A stretch of DNA of 64,000 nt, from positions 159,588,001-159,652,000 of the forward strand of contig OX597815.1 of NCBI GenBank assembly GCA_951406725.2, given 5' to 3'. The stretch comes from Octopus vulgaris (lineage: Eukaryota). The notes under the pieces were generated by a model. It searched no databases. It was given only the letters and a program-made list of their open reading frames with translations, and was not told where the DNA came from. The position numbers and the translations under genes are program-made. Shown piece by piece: positions 1-13,334 of this stretch (its first letter is position 1; every line of letters starts with the position of its first letter).

Positions 1-286
1 TATCTATATAGTCCAGTGAATGTTGAGCTGGCTGAAACTTTGGAGTCATTATCAATACTACTCTTGTTAACGAATAATATATAATATATAATAATATATA
101 GCAAGAGTGGCTGTGTGGTAAAAAGCTTCCTTCCAACCACATGGTTCTGTCTCACTGCATGGTGCCTTGAACGAGTGTCTTCTAGTATAGCTTCGGGTCG
201 ATCAAAGCCTTGTGAGTGGATTTGGTAGGCAGAAACTGAAAGAAGCCCATCGTATATGTAAGTGTGTGTGTGTCTTCTCAGTGCTG

Positions 287-509
287 GACACCTCGTCTGC
301 TAGAGATGGCAATAGCTTCTGCTTGCAGTATAAATAAATTCAAGCTGCTACAAACATTACTTGCTAGTACAACTACTGTGTTCATCTCTTGGAGAGATTT
401 TAGAACTAGCCTTTTTTGCTTATTGCAAGATCAGAGACTGTATGTCACTTGAATCTATATATATTGCAAGCAGAAGCAAGCTACTGTCATCTCTAGCAGA
501 CGAGGTGTC
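287..509. mobile_element. MITE-like fold-back element with ~50-bp terminal inverted repeats
   Basis: gacacctcgtctgctagagatggcaatagcttctgcttgcagtata (from 287) is the near reverse complement of tatattgcaagcagaagcaagctactgtcatctctagcagacgaggtgtc (to 509). Confidence 0.7.
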
Positions 510-619
510 TTCTTCTTCTTCTTCTTCTTCTTCTTCTTCTTCTTCTTCTTCTTCTTCTTCTTCTTCTTCTTCTTCTTCTTCTTCTTCTTCTTCTTCTTCT
601 TCTTCTTCTTCTTCTTCTT

Positions 620-650
<31 letters not shown>

Positions 651-724
651 TTCTTCTTCTTCTTCTTCTTCTTTTCTTCTTCTTCTTCTTCTTCTTCTTC
701 TTCTTCTTCCTCCTCCTCCTCCTC
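509..724. repeat. (CTT)n trinucleotide microsatellite (~200 bp) ending in (CCT)n
   Basis: Directly visible; explains the poly-S, poly-K and poly-R ORFs. Confidence 0.98.
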
Positions 725-734
725 ATAATTATTA

Positions 735-930
735 AGGCAGAGAGCTGGCAGAATCATTAGCATGCTGGGCAAAATGCTTAATGGGGTATTTCATGTTCTG
801 AATTCAAATTCCATCAAGGTCGATTTTTGCCTTTCATCCTTTAAGTACCAGTGAAACACTGGAGTCAATGTAATTGACTATCCCCCTACCTCCAAAATTT
901 CAAGCCTTGTGCCTGTATTAGAAAGGATTA
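735..930 (+). mobile_element. SINE family C copy
   Basis: aggcagagagctggcagaatcattagc...gcctttcatcc...aagtaccag head and core shared with many copies in the window. Confidence 0.75.
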
Positions 931-1477
931 TTATTAATAATAATAATAAATCTCTGAGCGAGGTATAACCAGTAGCTGCATAACAGTAGATGCAGTTAAC
1001 ACTTAATACTATCTTTTGCACTCCCTACATGAATGGTAATCCAGGGCTCATTCTCAACTAATTTTTAGTTCCTTTACTGGTCATTTCAAGTACTCCTACA
1101 ATCACTGGTTTTGTAACTGTCTTGAGAGTAGGAGAAAGAGAAGCAGCTTGGTGAATTGACCAAATTCTATAGGTCTGTAAATACATTCAGTAAGGAGATC
1201 AGCAGTGGGCATTCCTGTATGATTAGGGGACAACAGAGGCCTCACACACTTGGAGTCAGTAGAAGTCAATTGTGTTTACTACTACAAGTGATTAGTGAAA
1301 GTGCTGACCTTGGTCTTGAAAAGAACCAGTTCACTTTGTCCTATTTCTAATTATTGATAGAAAAAAAAAAAAAATATATATATATATATACTGATGTTCA
1401 CATTGTTGAATTTTTGAATTTCCAATTTTTATTATCCTTATCATTATTATTATTATTATTATTTTCATTTGTTTCAG

Positions 1478-1655
1478 GTTTAACACTAAATTTCACCGAA
1501 ACCTGGGGTGACCTTCATTATTTAGGCTTGACAGGACTAGAGATATTTAGTACAGACAAAGAGACATTACCAGTTAACATGAATATGCTTAGTGCAGAAC
1601 CATCAGATCTGCATAGTCTACCTGGCCATGAACAAGATGAAAGAACATTGGACAA
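1478..1655 (+). CDS. KATNIP: Internal coding exon of katanin-interacting protein (KIAA0556/KATNIP, DUF4457 region)
   Basis: Acceptor ttttcatttgtttcag ends at 1477; donor AA|gtaagt at 1656. Translation LTLNFTETWGDLHYLGLTGLEIF...DERTLDK matches the recalled human segment LQLNFTASWGDLHYLGLTGLEV...DSRTLDK. Phase 1 in, phase 2 out. Confidence 0.93.
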
Positions 1656-2089
1656 GTAAGTAATTCTGTTAACCAAATACAACTTCAAAACTTCATTCAA
1701 ATTTTAACAGTATTTTTAAATTAAAAAAAAAAAAAATCCAGTTTCTTGCCATGTATAGATCTCATGCTGTGAAACTCCTGCTGTCCCAGAAAGCTCTGAG
1801 GATATAATGTGATGGAAATGCTAGAAAATAAGTTCTGCAGTTAAGTTATTGGGAAATATTTGACAAAAATCAATAAACACTCTTCCTGAAAGTTTATTCT
1901 AAATTCTGATCTGAAAATAAATGTTACACTGGTGTCAACTTATCAAGATCTCATTATAGTTTATGTAAAAACCAATGGAGAGGATAACGCCGGCTGTTCA
2001 GCTGGGCTGAATCTAAATGAAGCATTTTTTTTTTTGCTAACCATAATTGGCTTGCATGTATCACACACCAGTGAGGGGATCCTCTACAT

Positions 2090-2150
2090 CAGTGGTTCTC
2101 AGCCAGGGTCTACATGACCTCTAGTGGGTCCATATAAGATTTTGTTGTTA
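2090..2150 (+). mobile_element. 5' end of a hAT-like MITE, same family as 33141-33832
   Basis: Starts cagtggttctc and shares gggtccat...attttgttgtta with the 33141 copy. Confidence 0.55.
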
Positions 2151-2287
2151 GCTTGCTTACCAACCACATGGTTCCGGGTTCAGTCCCACTGCGTGGCACC
2201 TTGGGCAAGTTTCTTCTACTATAGCCTCAGGCTGACCAAAGCCTTCTGAGTGGATTTGGTAGACGGAAACTGAAAGAAGCCCGTCGT

Positions 2288-2339
<52 letters not shown>

Positions 2340-2552
2340 ATGTTTGTGTGACTGTGTTCGTCCCCCAACATCACTTGACAACCGATGCTGGTGTGTTTAC
2401 GTCCCCGTAACTTAGCGGTTCGGCAAAAAGAGACCGATAGAATAAGTACTATGCTTACAATGAATTAGTCCTGGGGTCGATTTGCTCGACTAAAAGGTGG
2501 TGCTCCAGCATGGCCACAGTCAAATGACTGAAACAAGTAAAAGAGTAAAGGA
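2150..2552 (+). mobile_element. SINE family A (tRNA-like head, internal (TA)n(TG)n, aaaagagt tail), 5'-truncated
   Basis: B-box-like ggttcagtccc, conserved body, tail gaaacaagtaaaagagtaaa; more than 15 related copies in the window. Confidence 0.9.
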
Positions 2553-2639
2553 GTATAATAAATTGGTCATCGTTCTACAGTATACAAAATCTTTATTTAT
2601 ACAAAATATTTTTTTCTACAAGATACAAAATATTTTTCA

Positions 2640-2945
2640 TCATTATCATCATATGTCTGCTTTCCATGCTGGCATGGGTTGGATGGTTTAACAGGAGCTA
2701 GCTAGGCAGAAGATTGCACCATGCTTTGCTGTCTGTTTTGGCATGATTTTTTACGACTGGATGCCCTTCCTTTCACTAACCACACTGTGGAGTGAAATGA
2801 GTGAATTTTACATGGCACAGATGAGGTCAGTTTTGGCAGGGTTTTTTTACAGCAGGAGCCCTTCCAAATGCTAACCACTTTACAGTGTGGACTGGATGCT
2901 TTTTACATAGCACCAGCAGTAGCAGAGTCACCAAGTAAGTTGCAA
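2640..2945 (-). mobile_element. (GAT)n-tailed retroposon 3' end (family D)
   Basis: catcat...ttccatgctggcatgggttgga...ggatgcccttcc motif recurs at 18125, 25735, 31690, 37860, 38340, 39120 and 44000. Confidence 0.7.
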
Positions 2946-3376
2946 GACAAAGATCCTTTCAGAGATGATGTGGCACTGGAGAAGGTAATCTTGTGCCAGA
3001 TGATGAATGCTTTAACCCACACTTTTGCTTGTGCAGCTGGTGAGCTGCTAGACTTTCTATTTATGTAGAACATATACAATGTCATTCTTGTCCAAGTGGT
3101 GTCAATGCAAACCGAGTGGAGACAAACACACACACAAACACACACACACACACACACACAGATTGGAAAAGGCCATTCAGAAGGTTTCCACGAAGGTGGG
3201 AAGACAATTCAGTGAAATGTTTTAGGGCAAAGATGGGAAAGAATGGCACAGTCAAGAAAGCATTGGAAGTGTATTGTGACTAGCAGTGCATAACTGCATC
3301 CTATGGTCTGGTATATATGTATATAGGTATATTGCAATGCTAATATAGAATTATCATTGATATTTATATATATATA

Positions 3377-3894
3377 CTAGCAGTATCGCCCGGCGTTGCT
3401 CAGGTTTGTAAGGGAAATAACTATATAAGCATTTTTTAGAGAGTTACTTCCTTTATAGATGCCAATTCGGGCTTTCTTAGCCATTTCTGTTTTGGTGTCT
3501 TCAAGCCATGAAGTCGTTGTTCTAAAAGAACACTGGTCTCCTTGACAACACATTACGACGTTGATTTCCTTAAACTCCCTTCCCCACAGCTTCACGAGGG
3601 AGGGAAGAAGGGGGAGAAGCAAACACAGGTGCAGGTGTTTGAGCGTGGACGCCAACTCCACCGCCATCGACACACAAAAAATTATGCATTAAAATGGAAT
3701 AAAAAATGATGTTAAATTATTTTTAAAATCGTAGACTCATCGTAGACGCGCGCTAATAGCCAGACGGGCTTGATATTAATCACGACTATAAGATACCCGA
3801 ATTTGGTTAAACTGCACCGCAAAATGTGGGAGGAGTTAGGAATCTAAATCGTAGGAGACAGACACTCACACAACTACAGTTTTATATATATAGA
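3377..3894 (-). mobile_element. Non-autonomous Helitron
   Basis: Minus strand begins TCTATATATATAAAA, ends with GC-rich hairpin (cctgagcaacgccggg) and CTAG, and sits between A and T; CpG-rich, so probably young. Confidence 0.85.
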
Positions 3895-5581
3895 TATACC
3901 ATTTGTTAATTGATATATGTGTGTGTGTAACTTAATGAATGACAAACGGACAAAAGTTATGTAATCATCATCATCATCATCATCATCATTTAGCGTCCGT
4001 TTTCCATGCTAGCATGGGTTGGACACCTTTATTAATTCACAGTTGTTTTTCCTGTAAGAAGCAGTGCATTCCAAGCTATGTGTATGTGCATGTGTGTGTT
4101 CTTCTGCAGTAACACTATTGCTTATGTCTCTCATATACAAAAAAAAAAACTGTTTTTATCAGTGTTGGGGTAGTTGAACAAAATCAATGCATTGAATGAA
4201 AATAGTCTGTAGTATTTAGTTCTACCCCAGATAGGTCCCTTTATGCTAAGGTAGGCTTACCTCTACACCAATTACAAGATTGATAAAGTAATTATCTGAG
4301 AAAACATTGGGATTGATGTAATTGATTAAGAGCAGTATCTAAAATGCCATCAATGCAAAGTCTAAAACCTATTAAAGTTATGCGAATTCTCTTTTGAAGT
4401 AATGATGTCTGCATCATTTATAATCCTTCTGTTTATACACAAATATGGAACAATTTTCAGTGTGATATTTAGTTCTAGAGACTTAGTGTGTTCAACACAA
4501 CATACTCCAAATGACATTTCAGACTGACAGTGTTTCAGCATAATTTCACTTCCTCATTGATAAAAGTTCCAAGCTTCAAATAAATATATGGTGCCTGCTA
4601 TAAATAATGTACAGATGGTTATTTCAATGTCTGTTGTTTCAATTATGTACAGTTATTTATCTTTGGTATGGTGAAATTTTGTCCTCAAATATTTCATTTG
4701 TTGATATCTGTATAGCAACAGAAGTTCTTAGCTATCACCAAATGACACTTCAGTGGTTTCACTAGAAACTATGCTGAAACACTGGTGTCTGATGCCAGTG
4801 GCTGATATTATTTACAGCTTCTTGCATTTTTAACTTACAAAGTCTCTTGGGATAAGTTGTCCTCTGAAACTAAATCTCACATGAAGCACTCTTCCAGTTT
4901 TGTAAATACATGAATGGTGGATACATCAATATTTCAATTTTTGCCCTTTTGTGCTGGGCAAAATTTTGCTTGTACCAACAATTTTGTTTACTGATTTCTA
5001 TATAGTTACAAAAGTTCCTAGGTAAGTCCAAATGATCAAGTAGAATATGTCTCTGAGGAACCAAAATTACACTGAAACACTGGTGATTGACATTCTGCCA
5101 ATACCATTTGGTTCACATGTTTTAACACACAAAGTCTCTTAAGTTAACTTGCTCTTCAAGTCTATATCTCACATCAAATACTGTCCTGCATTTGACACAC
5201 ATACCCAAATGTGTTATAAATGATGTACATGTCATTTTAATCACTGCTGTTTCAAATGTGTATACTGATCTTTTGAGAAGAATAAGTATTGTAATTACAG
5301 CTATTACTGGTGGATTCAGAACAGTATATTATTTTTCTCACATTAACAAACACACACACATGCACACACACATGCACACACTCACAATGTGTGAGATAGA
5401 AATATATTTATGTATATATGTGGGTAAGTGCATGTGTGTGCTTATAAATATACACACATATAAATAAAATATAAATATTATTATAAACATTTCTTGTTCT
5501 TCTCTCTATTTATATTTTGGGAAAGAGAGAAAACTGTTGAAATAAAGCACAGAAAAATGGATTTCTTAAATCAGAATTTCC

Positions 5582-5632
<51 letters not shown>

Positions 5633-6656
5633 TGTATGTAGGTATCATAATCATTGTTTAATATCCACCTTTCATGCTGGCATGGGTAGAAATATATATA
5701 TATATATATATACATTTATCAGTCTATATACCTGTATATCTAGATATCTAGATAGATAGATAGATTAGATATGTATATGTGAAAAGGTTGCTTAATATTA
5801 ATTGTCAGTGTATTTCATTTTTAAATTGTAGAAAGTTTGCTGGTGTAATATATATATATATATAATAATATAATATACATACATGCATACACGCACATAT
5901 ATACCTACATATATATGATATTATATTCTGTTCGGTTATATTATATTATGCATCAAACATAAATTGGAGTATTTATCGAAAATTTTCCAATAAATTGAGT
6001 TATGATTTATTCTTCACTAACTAAAACCTTAAATTATTGGATTTGATATTTTGGTTTGAAGCTTCTAGTGTTCTTCTTATGCTTTTTACGTTATTTGTTG
6101 TATTTCTTTATACTTACTCAGTTATACGTCTTCTTTTATTAGATATTTAGTTTTGAAATACTATTCTGTTTTTCCTTTACTGGATACATTTGTTTGTTTA
6201 TTTTATTATGATTTTTTTGCTTACTTTTTTTGTTTCTTTTTAATTTTTTTTGTCCTGAACGAAATTCATTCATTCAAATGAGTGTGTAACAACATATTGT
6301 TGACAACCAATGCTTCTTCTGCATAGCGTATATCTACATGAAAATCTTACATAAGTAGGATTTAAAACCAAAATAAATGTTTTGATATACATACATTTTT
6401 ATATACGGAGAGAAAGAGGGAGAGAGAGACATTTTTATTAAATATTCTAGATATATATTTATTTATTTTCATGCTTTTAGCTTATCCCAGGAAAAACAGT
6501 TTTCTGCTATGCTATTTCCATAAAGCTATGTATTAACATATATACCAGTACCCACAGCCTTTATTAGAGAATTGAAACTAGTTACTATTGATAGATACAT
6601 CTAGGAAACCACACACACACTCTCTCACACACACATAGACGTAGACACACGTATGT

Positions 6657-6688
<32 letters not shown>

Positions 6689-7656
6689 GTTAACACAATT
6701 AAGCTACATACATATTACATATATACATACATGCATATATATATATACACACACATATATATATTTACAAACATATATATATACACATACACACACATAG
6801 ACGTAGACACACATGTATGTTATATATATATGTGTGTGTGTATGTGTATATATATATAGATATATATATATATATATGTGTGTGTGTATATATATATGTA
6901 TGTATATATGTAATATGTATATAGCTTAATTGTGTTACTATGTATAGGCTGGTATATGTTCATAACACCGTGCCTACACAGAAACTTTTACTGGATGAAA
7001 GATGTAAACTAAATTGATTTTGAAGTAATACATAAGAACAATATGTATAAATAGTTTTCATGAAAGAATTCAATAATACCTGTATTAATAGATTTGGTGA
7101 AAAATGAAACCAAAAATAAATAGATAGATAAATAAAAAAAATTATTGAGAAAGGTGAGAGAGAGTGGACAGAAAATACATAAAAAGAAAAAGAAACAACT
7201 GCAGTTGTTTCCTACAGTGACCAGTCATGTGTGAACAGAAACATGCACAATCAAAGTAAGCTTCTGGTTCCAAGTAATAGAATTTGAGATAGTTGGAGGG
7301 ATAGAATTTCTATAATATTGCCAAACAAAAGAAGAAGGAAAAGAGAGTTGTAACAAATGAAATATAAATTTTGATTAGCTTATCTTTGAATGTAGAAGAA
7401 ATTTGATAGAATTTTCCATGACAGAAATTACCAGTGTTTTTGAGTAACAATATTTATTTATTTATAAAAGGTCCAGTTTGTATGTGTGTGTGTGTGTGTG
7501 TGTGTGAATAAAAGTTTTGCTATAGAACTAAAGGGAGAAGTATTTTAATAAAATATATTATTACATTTTTTTTTTCTTCTGTATTTTAAGTCTGTGCCAC
7601 CTCCAGCTCTTCTTTTACAGTGGATTGTGTGTATTTATAAATGTTGAAATCTGTGT

Positions 7657-7870
7657 AAGGCAGCAAGCTGGTAAAATGGTTAGCATGCCAGGCAAAATAT
7701 TTAGTGCAACATTTTGTCTGTCTTTATGTACTGTGTTAAAATTTCACCAAGGTCGACTTTACCTTGTATTCTTTAGGGATTGATAAAATAAGTACCAGTT
7801 TGTCATGAGGGTCGATGTAATTGGCTTAATCTCTTCCCCAAAATTGCAGGCCTTCTACCAAAATGTGTAG
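7657..7870 (+). mobile_element. SINE family C copy (diverged)
   Basis: aaggcagcaagctgg...ggtcgactttaccttg...aagtaccagtt. Confidence 0.7.
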
Positions 7871-7947
7871 CCAATATTTACATAAAATATTGGTTCTGCA
7901 GTATTGTGGAGTGCTGATTTGATGACTTCCAAATTGCAGAACACTAT

Positions 7948-8001
<54 letters not shown>

Positions 8002-8565
8002 CGCGTGTGTGTGTGAGTGTGTGTTTGTGTGTGTGTGCATGCATGAATCTGTGTATAGGGTGTTAAAAGCTTATAGTTTTAGATGTCTATGTAGTTGCGA
8101 GTGGACTGAGCCACGCTCTTAGTCCCCATCCCTTGCCTCACAGAATGTCTAGAATAAAACTGTTTGGGAAAGGAAGATAGGAAGGGAGGGCTGCACAAGC
8201 ATTAGGTTGGTGCTCATTTACAATTGAGAAAGCTGTAGCAACTGGAAATAAACTGCCTTGCTCAACTAGACAACATGACACCTGATCCATGAATAAATAC
8301 CATGAGTTTATGAGCACAAATCCAATGCCTTAACCACTATACCACAGTCAGGCCTTCACAGACACACACACACATGCATGCACACACAGACACCCACACA
8401 TGCATGCACTCATATTGGTGATAGGCTTCGTGCAGGTTCTAGCTGTGGAATTCTTCTCATTAAGGTATCGGTTGGTGACATGAGGCAATAAGTAGAAGAT
8501 GCTTATGCTCAGTATGCTGTAAATTGGGAGCAAATCTGAAATGATCCTGTTATAAATACACTTCT

Positions 8566-8722
8566 TGGCTGTGTGGTAAGAAGCTTGTTTCCCAACCACA
8601 TGGTTCCAGGTTCAGTCCCACTGCAGGACCCTTGGCCAGGTGTCCTCTACTGTATCCTGCAGCCAACCATAGCCTTATGAGTGGATTTGGTAGTCAGAAA
8701 CTGAAAGAGGCCTGTCATATGC

Positions 8723-8760
<38 letters not shown>

Positions 8761-8968
8761 CTGTGTTTGTCTCCCCACACTGCACTACTTCACAGCCAGT
8801 GCTGGTGTGTTTCCATTCATATAACTTAGCAGTTCAGTAAAAGAGAATGATAGAATAAGTACCAGGCTTAACAATTAAGTCCTGGGGTCAATCTGTTTGA
8901 CTAAAAAAAAACCTTTCAAAGAGTGCTCTAGCATGGCCACAATCTAATGACTTAAAGAAGTAAAAGAA
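8566..8968 (+). mobile_element. SINE family A copy
   Basis: tggctgtgtggtaagaagcttg head through agtaaaaga tail, with internal (TG)n. Confidence 0.85.
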
Positions 8969-8970
8969 CA

Positions 8971-9604
8971 TTTGACAATGTAAATTGGCAGTCCTAATTA
9001 GGATGATGTTACTACCTTTTTTAGCCCTAGGCAAACATCTTTTCCAGCTGGCTACCAACTCACAACTGTGTCCTTATACCTCGAACAGGGGAGCTAATGT
9101 TGCCACTCAGCTTTATACAGTACCTGCATACCATGGCTTCTGGGTTAATTCCCTTCATCAACATAAGATAACCGTTGGCTAGAGATGGTAGAACTAGGCC
9201 TTGTTCGAGGTATATACTTTTAAAGTGACACACAGTCACTGATCTTGTAAAGAGGAAAACAGTTAGTTTTAAATCTCTGAGCGATAAGTAAGTAGTAACA
9301 GCACTACAGAGTAAAATTAGTTTGCCAATGTAATTTGGCAGTCCTGATTAGGACAATGTTACTACCTTTTTTTAACCCCAGAGTCCATGGTCTGCAGGTA
9401 CCGTTTAAGGCTGAGTGGGGACATTAGCTCCCTTGTTCAAAGTATAAGGATGCAATTGTGCATCGGTTGCAAGGTGGAAAAGATGTTTTCCTGGGGCTAA
9501 AAAAGGTAGTAGCATTGTCCTAATCAGGACTGCCAATTTACATTTGCAAATAGATTTCACTCTGTAGTACTCTTACTACTTACTTCTCACTCAGAGATTT
9601 AAAA
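8971..9604. repeat. Compound inverted repeat or MITE cluster
   Basis: 8971-9148 is the reverse complement of ~9374-9550; 9268-9370 is the reverse complement of ~9500-9604. Confidence 0.8.
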
Positions 9605-10657
9605 CACACACACACACACACACATATATATTAAACCACCTGTGACCTGTTGCGTTTCCAGGAAAGTCTGAGTTTCTCATCAACAGAGTTTTGTTTCGTT
9701 GGTTTTTTTCTTTTCCTTTCCAGGATATTTTGCATGCTCTCAACAAATGTGACATCAAAATCATGTGTAAACAGCTCCTTTCCCCAGAAAAGGAAAGATT
9801 TGGCTGCTATTTCTTGCATGCTCTGCTACCATGTAACAGGTATGTCAGGTCCTTTATTGCAAGTGGCTTATGTGGTAGCAGGGCATGCTAGAAATAGCAG
9901 TCAAATCTTTGGAAGTGAGATACATTGAATGCACTCAAAAATAACCTATGGAAAAAAATCATTTTACATTGAGGTTCTGAACAGGTCTTTTACAAAATAT
10001 TTATTGTATTTCAAAAGTCATTCTCACTTTAAAATATCTTTTGAATATGCCAGAAAAATTTTTGTAATGGTATTCACTTGAAAATAATTTAAAAAAACAT
10101 TAAAATATTGTCTGTTTAAAGAAAGCTAAAATAATAAATACTTACTGTACAAACAACTTACATTTTTTAAATCACATTCACATTAAAAATATTTCTAAAT
10201 GATTAAAATACTGTGTTTAACAAAAGTGAAAATAGAAACATTTACTGTAAGAAACAAATCGTTTGTTTTCGTTGTCAAGTCATTGTGTCTAATCAAATGG
10301 TAAGAGTTTCTTCCTTTTCAAGGATAAGTTTAATTTTGGAATATTTTCCCAGTATGACCATTTTGAATATTTATACTCCACAAACCTCTAATATATCCAC
10401 AACCATTTGTCCGATTTATGCGAAATTTGTTTTATTCTGTTCATATTTACATTTCAGGGGGTACTTAGTGTAGTTTTTTCCGATTATGTGCCAGTTTGGC
10501 TGGGTAACATTGCAAGCAAGCAAGATTCAAGCTGACTTTTACTGCATTATATATATATATTAATATACATGTACACACATATATGTATACACATAAATGC
10601 ACACACACACACAGACACATATACATATATATATATACATATACACACACACACACG

Positions 10658-10700
<43 letters not shown>

Positions 10701-10791
10701 GTATATATATACACATATGTATATATATATATGTGTGTGTATATGTATATATACATACATACACACACAGATACACGCACAAACACACTCA

Positions 10792-12053
10792 TCGGGTCAT
10801 AAAGAATGAAATGTCCGATTTTCTCATGGACCAAGCTTGACGGTCATTAACTCTTGACAATTCTTTGTTTTACAACTTTGTAGAGTTACATCATCACTTT
10901 TTGAAATCCAATTCATAGTGTTTGATCATATTGTGAGTTTGTTATTGTAAATCAATTTTTGTGAACCCATGAATAGATGAAAAAATTCATGTTGTTTATA
11001 AATATGAATTCAGTCTTGGAACCAATGCATCGCAGACAGCTCGAAACATCAATGAGGTGTTTGGTGAAGATGTGGCAAATGGGTGCACTGTATATTGATT
11101 GTTTGAGAAGTTCCGGTTTGGTGACTTTACTCTTGAAAATCAGCCCTGAGACCAAGGTGGATAATGATGAGTTAGAAGCTGTAGTGGAAGCGGATACATC
11201 TCAGACTATGAGTGAGTTAGCAACAAAATTTGATGTTTTGATTCCAACTGTAATGGACCATCTGAAACAAACCGACAAGGTAAAGAAGCTATACAAGTGG
11301 GTACCATATGAACTGAAGAAGCATCAAATGACACATCATCTTGAAACTTGCTGTTCTTTGCTGTCACGGCATAAAAGCGAGCCATTTTTGCATTGTTTTG
11401 TTACATGTGATCAAAAATAGATTCTTTTCAACAATAGCAAACATTCTGCATGGTGGTTGGATAGAGACGAAGTGCTAAAACACAATCCAAAAAGAATATT
11501 CACCTAAAAAAATTAATGGGGTCTGTTTGGTGATGAGCGCTGGTGTCATCCACTACAGCTTTATGAGACCTAGTAAGTCAATTACAGCGGATGTATACAT
11601 CAACCAATTGGATGAAATGATAAGTGAACTTGCAATGAAACGAACCAAAATTGGTCAAAAGAGACTAGCCAATTCTCTTGCAAGACAGTGCTTGACCACA
11701 TATTGCACAAAGAATGCTACTCAAGTTGCAGGAACTGAACTTGTGAGTACTCTGTCATTCACCATATTCGCCAGACCTTGCACCAACTGACTATCATGTT
11801 TTCCAGGCACTAGACAACTTTTCACAAGTCAAAAAACTTAAAATCTGAAAAGATGCAAAAACAGCCTTTTGTGATTTCATCAACTTTTGTTCTCCAGAGT
11901 TCTTCACTGCTGGCATAAATAAACAACTGATAAAATGGTAAAATTGTGTTGATAATTTAGGTGCATACTTCAGTAAACTGCACTGCTTTTTGTTGAAATA
12001 AAGTGAAATAAACTTTCAGTTCAAAATCAGACATTTCCTTCTTAATGACCTGA
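10792..12053 (+). mobile_element. Full-length decayed mariner DNA transposon (~1.26 kb)
   Basis: TIRs tcgggtcataaagaatgaaatgtccgatttt and aaaatcagacatttccttcttaatgacctga(ta). Transposase motifs WVPYEL, VTCDQK* and YSPDLAPTDYHVFQALDN are spread over frameshifted frames. Confidence 0.93.
10977..11975 (+). pseudogene. Mariner transposase pseudogene
   Basis: ORF 10977-11420 ends VTCDQK-stop where VTCDEKW is expected; downstream catalytic segments are out of frame. Confidence 0.88.
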
Positions 12054-13035
12054 TACAATGTAATGATTGACAGAAATCCTAGAGAAATGTATTGCACTCA
12101 TCTTTTCACACTTCTTAAAAATATTTACTGGCATCTACATATTCAGTTCTACTTTAAAATAAACTCTGACCTACACAATTTGTGGATGTTCTATGCAGTA
12201 ATTTGATGTTTGTTTCCCTGCTACCAATTATTTACGCAACTACTATTTTGGTGTGTGTTTAATGATATGTATTATCTACAGCGTCATAACTCATTGCATC
12301 CAATTATTGTTCCGGTTGACTTGGCATGGGCGGACGATAATAAGTTTTAGCACCTTTTAACATATTGACAGCTCCAACCACTGTGACTATAAATCTGTAT
12401 CAGTTTTCTCCTCTTTCCTGATTGTTCCATTAAGTTTATCTACCATACACCATTAATGTTCTGCTTTATATCGTTATTGCCCTCAACCATCATCAAATCA
12501 CTGAATGCATCTATCAGCCATCTACTTATATTCGTTTGTATTTGCTTGGTTTTCAGTTGTTTCCCTTAAGACCATTTGGGTATTTAAAAAAAAAGAATGT
12601 ACACTTAAAATATGAATTCAATATTATCATTACTATAATGACATTGTAATTTGCTTGCTATGTTTTCAAATAATGACTCTTCATTTGTCCCTTCACTAGA
12701 TACTGACCAATACTCTCACACACACACACACACATACATACATACATAACTACACACACACACCCACATATATACACATATATACATACAAATACACATA
12801 CACATATATATATATATACACACACACACAATCTTGTATACACACATACCACACACACACATACACATGTATTTATACATACGTATGTATATATGATTCA
12901 TCATGCACATATATATATATATTCATTTTTTACTCTTCTACTTGTTTCAGCCATTTGACTGGAGTACCACCTTAAATGTGTGTGTATCTATGTATGTATG
13001 TATGTATCTGTATATATAAAGTATATGATGTACAT

Positions 13036-13237
13036 AGGCACAGGCATGGCTGTATGGTAAGAAGCTTGCTTCCCAACCACATGGTACCAAGTTCAGTCCC
13101 ACTGGCATGGCACCTTGGACAAGTGTCTTCTATAGCCTTGTGAGTAGATTTTGGAGACAGAAACTGAAAGAAGCCTGTTGTATATGTATTTACATATGCA
13201 CATATATATACAACAGGCTTCTTTCAGTTTTATTTAC

Positions 13238-13281
<44 letters not shown>

Positions 13282-13298
13282 CACACATATATATATGT

Positions 13299-13334
<36 letters not shown>

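Noticed and set aside
361-772. Poly-Ser, poly-Lys and poly-Arg ORFs
   Set aside because: Translations of the (CTT)n microsatellite.
10458-10503. 46-nt AG...GT segment that would restore frame together with the 116-nt candidate exon
   Set aside because: The joined frame hits TAG within four codons and the donor is weak.
10465-10840. Stacked YIYI/CVCV/HTHT ORFs here and at many other sites
   Set aside because: (TA)n, (TG)n and (CA)n tracts lack stop codons; not genes.
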